Assembly (NCBI GenBank): GCA_963682135.1
Contig: OY821645.1
Span: 2,752,001 to 2,816,000 of the forward strand
Direction of reading: 5' to 3'
DNA from: Methanothrix sp.
Lineage (GTDB): Archaea; Halobacteriota; Methanosarcinia; Methanotrichales; Methanotrichaceae
Length of the DNA: 64,000 nt
The translations under genes were made by a program, and so were the position numbers. This document shows, one piece after another, positions 21,401 through 31,320 of the stretch. How positions within the stretch are numbered: position 1 is the stretch's first letter; each line of letters opens with the position of its first letter. A model generated the notes under the pieces. It was given only the letters and a program-made list of their open reading frames with translations, was not told the DNA's origin and searched no databases.

Positions 21401-24400
21401 TGGTCAGGATCCGATCCCTCGTAGTCAGACCAGTAATTGCCAGTGTAATTATAATACTCTTCTTCATGATAATAATAGTTAACTTTCTCTGCGGTGTTCC
21501 ATTGGTTATGCCCGTCTGAATTAGCGGAATCAAAATGATTCCCAAAGATGGTGTTGCTGTTGGAGGATTCTAGACAAATACCGCTTATACTATTGTTGGT
21601 GGCGCGATTATTCGAGATGGTGTTGCTGTTGCTGGTGGATTGGAGGTTGATCCCATAGCGATTGTACCTGATTGTGTTACCATCCATGGTGTTGTCGCTG
21701 GAGGACTGGAGGATGATGCCGATACTGAGGTTCATTTCAGCTTTGTTGCATTCAATAGTGTTGCTCGAGATGGTGTTGTTGTCACTGGAGGAATCGAAGC
21801 GGATGCCGCATAAATTGTCTTTGACAGCGTTGGCCGATATGGTATTGTTGCTGGAGGAACCGAGGCGGATGCCGTCGGAATTGTCTTTGAAAGTGTTTGC
21901 CGAGATGATATTGCTGCTGGTGGAATAGAGGTAGATGCCGTTTTCGTTGCCGGAGGCGAGATTATCCGAGATGGTGTTGCTGTCGCTGGAGAAAAAGAGG
22001 CAGATGCCGTTTTCGTTGCCGGAGGCGAGATTATCCGAGATTGTGTTGTTGCAGGAGGAATCGAGAAAAATCCCTGTCCAGGAGTTATTGATGGCGGTAT
22101 TGCCCGAGATGGTGTTGCTTTTGCAGGAGGAATCGAGGTAAATCCCACACCAGTAGTTATTGTTGGCGGTATTGCCTAAGATGGTGTTGCTGTTGCTGGA
22201 GGAATCGAGGGAGATGCCGGCTTCGTTACCGGTGGCGAGATTATCCGAGATGATATTGCTGCAGGAGGAATCGAGGGAGATGCCGTCGAGGCTGCCGGAG
22301 GCGAGATTATCCGAGATGGTGTTGCTGTTACTGGAGGAAGCGAGGTAAATCCCTGTCCTGGAGTTATTATTGGCGGTATTGCCCGAGATGATATTGCTGC
22401 AGGAGGAATCGAGGTAGATGCCAGCGGCGTAGAGGCCCTCTTCGTTGATGTCTTCGTTGCTGGAGGCGAGATTATCCGAGATGGTGTTGCTGTTACTGGA
22501 GGAAGCGAGGTAAATCCCTGTCCTGGAGTTATTGTTGGCGGTATTGCCCGAGATGATATTGCTGCAGGAGGAACTGAGGAAGATGCCGACGTAGTTGCCG
22601 GTGGCGGTATTGCCCGAGATGGTGTTGCCGCTTGAAGTCACGTAGATCCCCGAATTCCCCGAATTCCTGGCCATAAATCCCTGAATAGTACAGCCGTCGG
22701 CATTCATGGTGATAGCGTTCCCGGTGCTACTGCCGTCCACAATCGGCGAGCCGACCCCGCTCAGGATGAGGGTCTTGTTCACGTTGACATGCTCATAATA
22801 GGTCCCGCTCTCGACCTCTATGGTGTCGCCGGGACAGGCGGCGTTGATGGCGTCCTGGATGCTGGTGAAGTTGCAGCCCGAGGCACAGACGGTGAGGGTT
22901 CTTGTGCCGGTCCTCTCCGTCAGCGGGAAGCTGTCCTGCTCCGACCCGCCAGGGATCGGATAAGACGAGTCGCCGATGCCGTCGCCATTGCAGTCCCAGC
23001 CTGCATAATCTGACCAGTTGTTACCGATGTAGGTGGTATTACCTTTGTACTCGATTTTCGTGGGAGAGTGCCAATTGTTCGCTGAATTGGACCAAGCATT
23101 GTTGGCATTGTCGAGGGTGTTCTGGTAGATGGTGTTTCCGCTGGAGGAAGCGAGGTAGATGCCGACGTCGTTGCCGGTGGCGAGATTATCCAAGATGGTG
23201 TTTTCAGAGGAGCTTTGCAGGGATACGCCATGGCCCCCATTGCTGGGCCCGTTGCTGGTGATTTCGTTGAGGTCTATCTGGTTATTCCGGCAGCTTTCCA
23301 TAATAATGCCACCCAGGCCGTTATTCGCAATGGTGTCATCCGTTATCCTGGTGCCGCTTGATGAAATGATGGAGATGCCATAGCCATGATTATCTCTTAT
23401 CTGGCATCCACGGATGAGACAGTTCGACGCTCTCACATCGATTCCGGCATGAGGATTGCCCGAGCCGGTCACTACCAGACCGCTGAGGGTGGCACCTGAA
23501 CCGCTCAGAGTAATTGTGCTGTCCACACCATTGCCTTGGATCTCAGGAGACCCCTCCCCCATGATTGCTATATTTGCCTTATCAATAACAATCGGGCCAG
23601 AGTATGTCCCGCTCTCGACCTCTATGGTATCGCCGGGACAGGCAGCGTCGATGGCTGCCTGGATGCTGGTGAAGCTACAGCCCGAGGCGCAGACGGTGAG
23701 GATTGTGCCGGTCCTCTCCGTCAGCGGGAAGCTGTCCTGCTCCGATCCGCCGGGGATCGGATAAGGCTGGTCGCCGATGCCGTCGCCATTGCAGTCCCAG
23801 CCCGCATAATCTGACCAACTGTTACCGACATAGGTGGTATTGCCTTTGTACCCGATTGCCGTGGGGGTGCCCCAATTATTCACTGAATTGGACCAGGCAT
23901 TGTTGGCATTGTCGAGGGTGTTTTGGTAGATGGTGTTTCCGCTGGAAGAAAAAAGGCGGATGCCAGTATTGGAACTGTCGGTGACAGTGTTCCCAGAGAT
24001 ATTGTTTCCAGAGGAGCTTTGCAGAGATACGCCATGGCCATTATTGCGAGCTCCGTTCCTGGTGATTCTGTTGAGGTCGATCTGGTTATTCTGGCCGCTT
24101 TCCATGATAATGCCACCCAGGCCGTTGTCTGCGATGGTGTCATCCGTTATCCTGTTGCCGCTTGATGAAATGATGGAGACGCCGTAGCCATGATTATTCG
24201 TTATCTGGCATCCACGGATGAGACAGTTGGAGGCTCTTATATCGATTCCCGCATGGGGATTGCCTGAGCCGGTCACTACCAGGCCACTGAGGGTAGCCCC
24301 TGAACCGCTCAGTGTAATTGTGCTGTCCACGCCATTGCCTTGGATCTCGGCAAGCCCATCCCCAAGGATAGCAATATTTGCCTTATCAATGACGATAGGC

Positions 24401-25395
24401 CCAGAATATGTGCCGCCAGACAGCTGGATGCTGCCGCCGGGGCTGACCGAATTTATTGCCTGTTGGATATTGCCGCCAGGGAGCACCTGGAGGAAGAGGA
24501 TTTCATTGGGCTGATCTGGTTCCGTTGGGGGGATTTCAGTTGGTTCATTTTCTTTCGGATTTGTATTACCTTGGTTAATATTGTCCTGGGAGTTTATTTC
24601 TTTAAGACTATCGTAACTATTATCGATTATGATATTATTATTCGAATTCTCCAAAAGAACATCATATTTTGAATTTTTTATAATTTCATTTCCTTTAAGT
24701 ATATTATTATTTGAATCTTTTAGATATATTCCGTTGATGCCGTTCTCTGTAACTGAATTATATAATATGGAATTATTTGATGAGTTCTCCAGATAGATTC
24801 CATCGAACCCATTGTTATTGATATTGTTTCCATAAATGATATTGCTGCTCTTGCCTTTCGAATGAATTCCATAACCCTTATTATTTTTAAGGCTGTTATT
24901 GGATATGCGGTTCCCATCGGAGAATACAAGGATTCCGGCTTCAGGATTTCCGGAATTCATCACCACGAAACCATCTACAGTGCATGCGCTGGCAGTAATG
25001 GTGATGGTGCTGCTATGTCCGACTGCAGATACCACTGGTGTTCCTTCTCCGGTATCGACTCCCCGGAGGATTACCCCCGGCTTGCTAAGGTTAAGGTTTT
25101 CTTTATAATCTCCGCTAAGAACATAGACTGTCGAGCCAGGGATGGATTTATCCAAAGCATCCTGTATGCTAGTGAAGTTCACACCCGGTATCTTCTTGGG
25201 TCCAACCACATTTCCAGAGATCTCATCTGGATTGGGCAATGGTTCCAGAAAGAATTTGCTTACATCCCCAGAGAAGTCATATTCTTGAGACGAATTGCGG
25301 AATTCGGGGGGGATTTGGCCATTTCCCAAAACGAATAAAGTAAAGATGATCAAGCAAATTATTTTTCCGCTTTGGTGCATTGGCTCCCTCCACAT
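18415..25395 (-). CDS. Secreted NosD beta-helix + DUF11 protein with the same C-terminal module as the giant DUF11 protein
   Basis: Signal peptide; four CASH/NosD blocks; WSDY.G.D.NGDGIGD motifs; DUF11 units; C-terminal ~720 aa align by eye with ORF 1-9819. The start may be the ATG at 25380. Confidence 0.85.
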   Translation of the reverse strand: MWREPMHQSGKIICLIIFTLFVLGNGQIPPEFRNSSQEYDFSGDVSKFFLEPLPNPDEISGNVVGPKKIPGVNFTSIQDALDKSIPGSTVYVLSGDYKENLNLSKPGVILRGVDTGEGTPVVSAVGHSSTITITASACTVDGFVVMNSGNPEAGILVFSDGNRISNNSLKNNKGYGIHSKGKSSNIIYGNNINNNGFDGIYLENSSNNSILYNSVTENGINGIYLKDSNNNILKGNEIIKNSKYDVLLENSNNNIIIDNSYDSLKEINSQDNINQGNTNPKENEPTEIPPTEPDQPNEILFLQVLPGGNIQQAINSVSPGGSIQLSGGTYSGPIVIDKANIAILGDGLAEIQGNGVDSTITLSGSGATLSGLVVTGSGNPHAGIDIRASNCLIRGCQITNNHGYGVSIISSSGNRITDDTIADNGLGGIIMESGQNNQIDLNRITRNGARNNGHGVSLQSSSGNNISGNTVTDSSNTGIRLFSSSGNTIYQNTLDNANNAWSNSVNNWGTPTAIGYKGNTTYVGNSWSDYAGWDCNGDGIGDQPYPIPGGSEQDSFPLTERTGTILTVCASGCSFTSIQAAIDAACPGDTIEVESGTYSGPIVIDKANIAIMGEGSPEIQGNGVDSTITLSGSGATLSGLVVTGSGNPHAGIDVRASNCLIRGCQIRDNHGYGISIISSSGTRITDDTIANNGLGGIIMESCRNNQIDLNEITSNGPSNGGHGVSLQSSSENTILDNLATGNDVGIYLASSSGNTIYQNTLDNANNAWSNSANNWHSPTKIEYKGNTTYIGNNWSDYAGWDCNGDGIGDSSYPIPGGSEQDSFPLTERTGTRTLTVCASGCNFTSIQDAINAACPGDTIEVESGTYYEHVNVNKTLILSGVGSPIVDGSSTGNAITMNADGCTIQGFMARNSGNSGIYVTSSGNTISGNTATGNYVGIFLSSSCSNIISGNTANNNSRTGIYLASSSNSNTISDNLASSNEDINEEGLYAAGIYLDSSCSNIISGNTANNNSRTGIYLASSSNSNTISDNLASGSLDGISLDSSCSNIISDNLATGNEAGISLDSSSNSNTILGNTANNNYWCGIYLDSSCKSNTISGNTAINNSWTGIFLDSSCNNTISDNLASGNENGICLFFSSDSNTISDNLASGNENGIYLYSTSSNIISANTFKDNSDGIRLGSSSNNTISANAVKDNLCGIRFDSSSDNNTISSNTIECNKAEMNLSIGIILQSSSDNTMDGNTIRYNRYGINLQSTSNSNTISNNRATNNSISGICLESSNSNTIFGNHFDSANSDGHNQWNTAEKVNYYYHEEEYYNYTGNYWSDYEGSDPDHDGIGNAPYSIDGESEKDNYPLLEDGALTISDSIQISQEGSLQTGQPSSNAQYVLMVTNLGDSELTNISITDQLSKGIAGTFVESGPDPDISQEEENGTRTLLWQDPGPLRPGETKEINLVALMDDELPETLISKASVQATSEDGQKQSDEDTLELNAAANISIEKEADPSFAQPSDQVTFRINITNTGQKELVSVLVNDNLPNGISYVSDDRNATSSGDLVSWRDLGPMQPGESKFISMIGMVKDDVSGMQTNTVSVKANTTRGGTVFASDRADVDILSLSVSKQADKKTVKRGENITYTITICNTGSLPLDNVIAWDALDSQVILLYSSMETEKDGKWHLGTLAPGECAVITLMVQVPKTNLKFDMTSSVSGGGYVNVADDYSTTLPQFVIKNTVRALSSSTKKQIQDTSLVTVLGEAGTELSSREHGSGLYQSEDEIRMIMENKSIQMNKSVTARLQPVVLKLYDRRTINSTSPWTERTQARNRITGTSMTGSFSHAQNISLESHIKLDENESVMEQSSEFDGLGRFGLQKKQVDGKTSLLDILENYAGSFKVYQKIDEYGSSVISKKSASGSGFVAGDRRIGDSQRSHESGTGNYSSQEEIQTYTNYIYKDINLTAYPVGLNPTISSWPNQSLNWSEGIYSRDPGSTYLGEEYRNLEDMEKQTLVMGLNIIQTESNFTGSASYRQAMKGEMDLEQEYIGKYSIRQKTSIKGTARFDRPHINVIKDGEIISQSNPSKTYARYKIAVENDGNKMLSPVYVKDLFPPGALYVNSSLRPSLTSSSANWTLTNLPVGGRSEIILWLEMGEDPSGTLVNRVEASGSHDAGWAYASNITVTKGGWLELPPTDDLIMVKKSVYVNKSASDLVWYHLSIENLCNCTTSLIVTDSLPQGMKLVEATPDITSFDRESNTITWNVISLKPQGTMSIVYKVMVTKGGRLVNQVKVEAVSLEGCDILPAYDSAVLTIGNKSSVASSGDWMPPEDWDLQCSGTSCP
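22800..24420 (-). repeat. ~800-bp intragenic direct duplication of a NosD block
   Basis: tgaaccgctcag.gtaattgtgctgtcc at 23497 and 24301; gtgccggtcctctccgtcagcggg at 22904 and 23705. Confidence 0.8.
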
Positions 25396-25629
25396 TTTGA
25401 AATTCAGCTTATGTTAAGAGGATGCATTTAAGCTTTTTCTTTGGAGTGACACATGCGTTATCTCGAAAGTTTGGATCTAAATTCTCGTCAATATGGCATG
25501 TAAAAGGAGAATCTAGTCAAATACCGGAAGATTGACACTCATATCCTGCACCGTTGAGTTCGCAGACATGATAAATAAATATCAGTTTACAGAAGGACGC
25601 ACATTGGGATGAATCAACAACTGATATAT

Positions 25630-25657
25630 CTGAAAAAAGTTAAAAATAAAAAATTTT
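25630..25657 (-). terminator. Oligo-T archaeal terminator after fpoN
   Basis: Minus strand reads aaaaattttttatttttaacttttttcag immediately after the stop. Confidence 0.55.
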
Positions 25658-27154
25658 TTACTGAGGCAGCAGAACTGCTGCTGCCTGCATTGCCCAGTTA
25701 ATGAATGCATCCGGGAAGACGCCTATCCAGAGCACTGCTAAGAGTGTCAGGACGAGCGCTACCGTATATCCCTTCTGCTCAGCGATCTTGGGGCCCGCCG
25801 GCTCCTTGAGATACATATAGCTGATGATCCTCAGGTAGTACACCAGCGACAGAGCGCTGTTGAGGATGGCAATTACTGCCAGCCAGACCAGGCCGGAGTA
25901 AATGGCCGAGCTGAAGAGCACGAACTTGCCGATATATCCCGCCGTGGGGGGGATGCCCGCCAGCGCAAACATGAAGATCAGCATGCAAAACGCTGTTATG
26001 GGCGCCCTTTTAGCAAGACCGGCATAGTTGGATATGTCATCCGGGTCGGTTTCGCTTCCCTTGGATACCATGCTCGATACCTGAGCCGTGCCGATGAAGG
26101 CACCAGTCTTCATGAGAGCATGTCCCAGGATAAGCAGCAGCGCGCCGGCAATGCCCAGCTGATCGGCCGGCACCAGCCCCAGATTTAGCACATTTACTGG
26201 CGCAGCTCCATAAGCCGCTCCCACCACTACAAAGGCGATGGCGATGTAGCCTGCCTGAGCGATGGAAGAGTATGCCAGTATGCGCCGGACATTGTTTTGC
26301 CAGCAAGCGGCCAGGTTACCAAGCGTCATGGTAACAGTTGCCAGGATGGCGAAAGCCATGTACCATTCCATGCGCAGAGCCACCAGGGCTATGATAATTA
26401 CCCTGAATGCCGCTACAAAGCCCATCTTTTTGGAGCCTGCTGCGAGCATGGCCGAGACCAGGGGCGGTGCGCCCTCGTAGGTATCGGGAGCCCACATATG
26501 GAAGGGAACCAATGCCATCTTGAAGCCGAATCCTACTATGACGAAGAGCAGAGCCACCAGAGTTGCCGGGCCAAAGTCGGCCAGGGAAGCTGCGGCGATA
26601 TCTGCCAGATGAGTGGATCCCGTCATGCCATAGAGCAGAGAGAAGCCGAAGAGCATGAACGCAGAAGCGACTGAGCCGAAGATGAAGTACTTCATAGCCG
26701 CTTCCAGATTCTTCTTGCTTCTATCAAAGGCTGCCAGGGCATAGGTGGACAGGCTTGCCAGCTCGAAGCCTACGAACAGGGTCACGATGTCGATGGAGCT
26801 TGAGACTACCATCATGCCCACTGTGGCAAAGAGCAGCAGTGCATAATACTCTTCTGCACCTTTTCCAGTGTACCTCGACAGTGAGGCTATCACAACCAGT
26901 AGCGATACTACCAGGAAGACGACCTTGAAGAACTGAGACAGGCCGTCGACTGATATGGTATCAAAGAAGAACAGAGCGGGCTTGATGGTCAAATTGGAGG
27001 CCACCAGTCCCAGAGCTACTACCAGCCCTGCTGCGCTCAAGTATCCCATGAGCTTTCCGCTGTTCTTCATCAAGGACCCCAGCAGTACGACGAGCACTGC
27101 CAGGATTGTGAGTAGCGCTTCTCCCCAGAGGGGTGCGTAGTGTGAAAACTCCAC
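25658..27154 (-). CDS. fpoN: F420H2 dehydrogenase-like (Fpo) subunit N
   Basis: NuoN motifs EAAMKYF, FKMALVPFHMWAPDTYEGAP, RILAYSSIAQAGY; operon position. Confidence 0.95.
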   Translation of the reverse strand: MEFSHYAPLWGEALLTILAVLVVLLGSLMKNSGKLMGYLSAAGLVVALGLVASNLTIKPALFFFDTISVDGLSQFFKVVFLVVSLLVVIASLSRYTGKGAEEYYALLLFATVGMMVVSSSIDIVTLFVGFELASLSTYALAAFDRSKKNLEAAMKYFIFGSVASAFMLFGFSLLYGMTGSTHLADIAAASLADFGPATLVALLFVIVGFGFKMALVPFHMWAPDTYEGAPPLVSAMLAAGSKKMGFVAAFRVIIIALVALRMEWYMAFAILATVTMTLGNLAACWQNNVRRILAYSSIAQAGYIAIAFVVVGAAYGAAPVNVLNLGLVPADQLGIAGALLLILGHALMKTGAFIGTAQVSSMVSKGSETDPDDISNYAGLAKRAPITAFCMLIFMFALAGIPPTAGYIGKFVLFSSAIYSGLVWLAVIAILNSALSLVYYLRIISYMYLKEPAGPKIAEQKGYTVALVLTLLAVLWIGVFPDAFINWAMQAAAVLLPQ

Positions 27155-27155
27155 T

Positions 27156-28658
27156 TCAGATCACCCCCATCTGGGTCAGGGTAATTACAGGCTCCATGAC
27201 CTGAGTTGCCGCTGTTCCCATTATATCGGTTATCAGCCCGGGCTGAATGCCGAAGATCAAAGATAGAACTATGATCATGGCCATGGAGAACAGCTCATAG
27301 GCATGCGGTTCATGTACATTCATATACTTCTTCAATATCGGACCGAACATGGCTTTTTGCATGGCCCAGAGATGATAAGCGGCCGTTATGGCCACGCTCA
27401 GGAATACCACGAACATGGTGTAGCTGGGCAGCGTTGCATAAGATCCGGTCAGAACCATGAACTCAGCCACGAAGCCGCTCATGCCCGGCAGTCCTAAGGA
27501 TGCCATGAATCCGGCCAGCATAATGACGGCGAACTTGGGCATGCGATCGGCGAGGCCTCCCAGATCGGCAATGACCCTGGTCCCTACCACGTGCTGGATC
27601 GTACCGGCAGACATGAAGAGGACGCAGGTGATAATGCCGTGGGAGAACTGCTGGAACATTGCCCCCGTAACCGACATCCAGGTAAAGGCCACGGCTCCAA
27701 GTGTTACAAAGCCCATATGGCTGACGGATGAGTACGCTACCAGCTTCTTGATATCCTTTTGAGCCAGTGCCATGAAGGCTCCGTAGACAATTGAGATCAC
27801 CGCAATGATGGCGATGATAGTCACGAATGCCTTATCGACGCTGGGAAGCATGGGCATAATGACCCTGAACAGGCCGTATCCGCCCATCTTAAGCAGCAGA
27901 GCTGCCAGCACAACCGAACCGGCTGTAGGTGCTTCAACGTGAGCATCGGGCAACCAGGTATGGAAGGGGAAGGCAGGCATCTTAACCAGGAATCCCAGGA
28001 GAAGGCCGGCGAAGATGATATTGAGCAGGCCGGTTGGGAATATGGTCTTGTCTGCTGTCGCTGCTAACAAGGTCAGCATGTCAAAGGTTCTGGTACCCTC
28101 GGGCGTCTGGTAGGTGAAATACAGGGCAAAGATAGCCAGCAGCATTACCAGGCTTGCCACGTGAGTGTAGATGAAGAACTTGATGGCAGCGTAATCTTTT
28201 CTCGGTCCGCCCCACGATCCAATGAGGAAGAACATGGGGATGAGTACTATCTCCCAGAAGATGTAGAACAGGAAGAAGTCCAGAGATGTAAAGACTCCCA
28301 GCACGCCCACTTCATTGAGCAGAAGAAGGGCAAAGTACTGATTGGGCTTCTTTGTCTCTCCCCAGGAGTATATTATTACCAATACCGATACTATCGTAGA
28401 AAGCAAAACTAATGGAAAACCTATGCCGTCGACGCCTACAGTGTATTTTACGCCAAGGGAAGGGACCCAGTCATAGCTCTCTACAAACTGCATTAATTTG
28501 GAGGTTTTATCAAACTCCATATACATTTGCAGGGATAGGGCTAAAGGTATAAGCGAGGCTATTAGGGCCACGAATTTGGCCTTGGTTCCCGCAAAGAAGG
28601 ATACCACTGCCCCCAGAAGGGGAATGGCGATCAATAGCGAGATCACATTTGAGATCAT
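27156..28658 (-). CDS. fpoM: Fpo subunit M
   Basis: PFHTWLPDAHVEAPTAGS, LLKMGGYG, AYSSVSHMGF. Confidence 0.95.
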   Translation of the reverse strand: MISNVISLLIAIPLLGAVVSFFAGTKAKFVALIASLIPLALSLQMYMEFDKTSKLMQFVESYDWVPSLGVKYTVGVDGIGFPLVLLSTIVSVLVIIYSWGETKKPNQYFALLLLNEVGVLGVFTSLDFFLFYIFWEIVLIPMFFLIGSWGGPRKDYAAIKFFIYTHVASLVMLLAIFALYFTYQTPEGTRTFDMLTLLAATADKTIFPTGLLNIIFAGLLLGFLVKMPAFPFHTWLPDAHVEAPTAGSVVLAALLLKMGGYGLFRVIMPMLPSVDKAFVTIIAIIAVISIVYGAFMALAQKDIKKLVAYSSVSHMGFVTLGAVAFTWMSVTGAMFQQFSHGIITCVLFMSAGTIQHVVGTRVIADLGGLADRMPKFAVIMLAGFMASLGLPGMSGFVAEFMVLTGSYATLPSYTMFVVFLSVAITAAYHLWAMQKAMFGPILKKYMNVHEPHAYELFSMAMIIVLSLIFGIQPGLITDIMGTAATQVMEPVITLTQMGVI

Positions 28659-30712
28659 ACCAGGCCCACCTCCATAGCCAGAGTAATTACAACCACCAGC
28701 ACCACAACTCCCAGCACCAGCGCAGTGATGTAATTTTGCACCACACCGGTCTGAACCTTTCTAATATGCTGTGCAAATCCCATAACCCAGGCTGAGAGCC
28801 AGTTGAGCCATCCATCCACGAGCTTGATGTCAATCATATTGCAGATCAACGCCGTGCCGTAGACTACAGTCTCAGCAAACCAGCCGGTCAGGATTTCATG
28901 CTGATAGTATCCCTTGAGCAGTAATTTTCGAATGGGATCCTTGTCGCCTGTAACCTGGCTTGGGTCAAACTTCTTGATTTTATTCCAGTAGAACAGCCCA
29001 GCCGTGAGAATACCGCCAATCGCCACAATTATTGGCAATATCTGGATGTACCAGGGCTCTCCTGCTTCTCCTTCTCCGCCTTCTTCTCCTTCACCAGCAG
29101 CTCCATGACCGCTTTCTGCAATTTCGGGGGAACCTTGCTCCTCTTCTAAAGCCGCACCCTCGGGAGCGGCGTGCCCTTCGAGGACATGTCCTCCGATTAT
29201 GCCGAGTTGAGCAAAGTCTATATCGTAATGCTCGAAGTTGGAATCAAGATAGCTGTAGAAGTCTTCTTGAGCTGCAAAGCCGAATCCAAAGGCAAATACT
29301 GCTAAGATTACCAGCGGCCCGATCATAATCATGGGCGACTCGTGTTTGCCATAGTCGGATCTTTCTTTGCCGGTAAAGACCGAGAACCACATCCTGAAGG
29401 TGTAGATCGCTGTCAGAATTGCTGCCAGTACCAGCATTATGTAGGGCAGGAAGTTGATCATCACACCGTACTCGTAGGCAATTACTATGATCTCGTCTTT
29501 GGAGAAGAATCCCGTGAATAATGGGAATCCAGCCAGAGACAGAGAGCCTATGAGCATGGTGTACATGGTCCACTTCATGTATTTTCCGACGCCTCCCATC
29601 TCTCGCATGTCGTTGGTATTTACGGCGTGAATGACTGAGCCTGCACCAAGGAAAAGGAGCGCCTTGAAGAAGGAATGTCCGATGAGATGGAAGATGGAAA
29701 CACCCACCGCAAAGGTTCCTACAGCTGCTCCTACTCCCAGGCCCGCCATCATAAAGCCGAGCTGCGAGACGGTGGAAAAGGCCAGCACTCTCTTGATATC
29801 GAAGGAAGTCAGACCCATGGTGGCGGCAAACAAAGCCGTGAACGCTCCAACTGCAGCTACTGCTGTCAGCCCATAGGGCGCAGCGTAGAAGAGCGGGAAC
29901 ATTCTGGCCACCAGGTAAACACCTGCTGTAACCATGGTCGCAGCATGAATCATGGCTGAGACGGTGGTTGGACCTTCCATGGCATCAGGAAGCCAGACAT
30001 GCAGGGGGAACTGACCTGATTTGCCCACTGCGCCGCCCAATAGTCCCAGAGCGATGAGCGTCAGCTGATCAGCTGGAATTTGGGCTACATGAGCATAGAT
30101 CACCGGGAACTGCAAGAGGTACTCTCCGGGTGCGAGAGTGAGGTTCAGGTTGGCAAGATTATTGTAGAGCAGAATTATGCCTGCCAGGAAGAGAACGTCG
30201 CCCACGCGCGTTGTCAGGAATGCCTTCTTAGCAGCCGCAGCCGCCGATGGTTTTCTGTACCAAAAGCCGATCAATAGATAAGAACAAAGTCCCACCAGCT
30301 CCCAGAATATGAAGAGCTGAAGCAGGTTATCGGCATAGATCAGGCCCAGCATGGAAGCAGTGAAAAGTGCCGCTTCCGCAAAGTATCTCGCTGCGCCCGG
30401 ATCGCCATTCATGTATCCATTGGCATAGGTGTGAATCAGTGTAACCACGAAGGTCACCATGAGTAGCATCACTAGCGCCAGTGGATCAATCAGTATGCCC
30501 ACATTGAAATTAGCGAACCAGGGCATGGACTGATGAATTATCTTATCAGGATATGTCTCTGAGAATATTCCCAAAGATAATATGAGACCTGCAAATGTTG
30601 CCAGAACGGTAAGGAAGCCTCCGCCTCTGGGCAGATGCCATCCTACGAATAGGCATAGCAAGAAGGCCAGTACTGGAAGGGCTACAATCAGATATGCATA
30701 ATCGGCATACAT
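28655..30712 (-). CDS. fpoL: Fpo subunit L
   Basis: WELVGLCSYLLIGFW, KSGQFPLHVWLPDAMEGPT, HAATMVTAG, FKALLFL. Confidence 0.96.
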   Translation of the reverse strand: MYADYAYLIVALPVLAFLLCLFVGWHLPRGGGFLTVLATFAGLILSLGIFSETYPDKIIHQSMPWFANFNVGILIDPLALVMLLMVTFVVTLIHTYANGYMNGDPGAARYFAEAALFTASMLGLIYADNLLQLFIFWELVGLCSYLLIGFWYRKPSAAAAAKKAFLTTRVGDVLFLAGIILLYNNLANLNLTLAPGEYLLQFPVIYAHVAQIPADQLTLIALGLLGGAVGKSGQFPLHVWLPDAMEGPTTVSAMIHAATMVTAGVYLVARMFPLFYAAPYGLTAVAAVGAFTALFAATMGLTSFDIKRVLAFSTVSQLGFMMAGLGVGAAVGTFAVGVSIFHLIGHSFFKALLFLGAGSVIHAVNTNDMREMGGVGKYMKWTMYTMLIGSLSLAGFPLFTGFFSKDEIIVIAYEYGVMINFLPYIMLVLAAILTAIYTFRMWFSVFTGKERSDYGKHESPMIMIGPLVILAVFAFGFGFAAQEDFYSYLDSNFEHYDIDFAQLGIIGGHVLEGHAAPEGAALEEEQGSPEIAESGHGAAGEGEEGGEGEAGEPWYIQILPIIVAIGGILTAGLFYWNKIKKFDPSQVTGDKDPIRKLLLKGYYQHEILTGWFAETVVYGTALICNMIDIKLVDGWLNWLSAWVMGFAQHIRKVQTGVVQNYITALVLGVVVLVVVITLAMEVGLV

Positions 30713-30715
30713 TCC

Positions 30716-31018
30716 TTACCACCTCATGGCGTTAATATTGTCCAGGTCTATTGTTCCGTATAGCCTGTACAGTGCAATCAATATAGCAAATCCAACGCCT
30801 GCTTCAGCCGCGGCCAGCGCAATAGAGAACAGGGCAAAGACCTGACCGTTCACATTAGGCTGGTACGCTGAGAAGGCGACAAGATTAATGTTGGCGCTAT
30901 TGAGCAAGAGCTCGATGCACATCATAAGCTTGACACCGTTCTTTTGAGTAAAGAGTCCGTACAAGCCGATGGTGAACATCGTGGATGCCAGTAGTATATA
31001 AAGCTCCAACGGTATCAT
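30716..31018 (-). CDS. fpoK: Fpo subunit K
   Basis: 100 aa; [18 protein letters not shown]. Confidence 0.95.
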   Translation of the reverse strand: MIPLELYILLASTMFTIGLYGLFTQKNGVKLMMCIELLLNSANINLVAFSAYQPNVNGQVFALFSIALAAAEAGVGFAILIALYRLYGTIDLDNINAMRW

Positions 31019-31056
31019 CGGTAAATCTCCCTCCTTGTCATCGGTTGTCGCCCTCC

Positions 31057-31320
31057 TCAGGCAACCTCCTTTCGTGCTACCCAGACCGCTCCTACAAGGG
31101 CCGCCGTCAAGACCAGGGCCAGGATCTCAAACGCAAAGACGTAAGAGGTAAATATCTCCAATCCCACGTCTCCAATGCCGCTTTCCGGCAACCTCAATCC
31201 TTCCTGCGGCTCAAAGCTGAGCGGCTGTTCAATACCTGTTCCCCAATCGGAAAGAGAGAACGAGGCGAAGAGAGCAGCCAGGAAGGCCAGGGTAATGATA
31301 ATTATCTTATATTTCACCAT
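31057..31320 (-). CDS. fpoJ2: Fpo subunit J, C-terminal part (J2)
   Basis: [24 protein letters not shown] matches the NuoJ C-terminal helix. Confidence 0.85.
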   Translation of the reverse strand: MVKYKIIIITLAFLAALFASFSLSDWGTGIEQPLSFEPQEGLRLPESGIGDVGLEIFTSYVFAFEILALVLTAALVGAVWVARKEVA

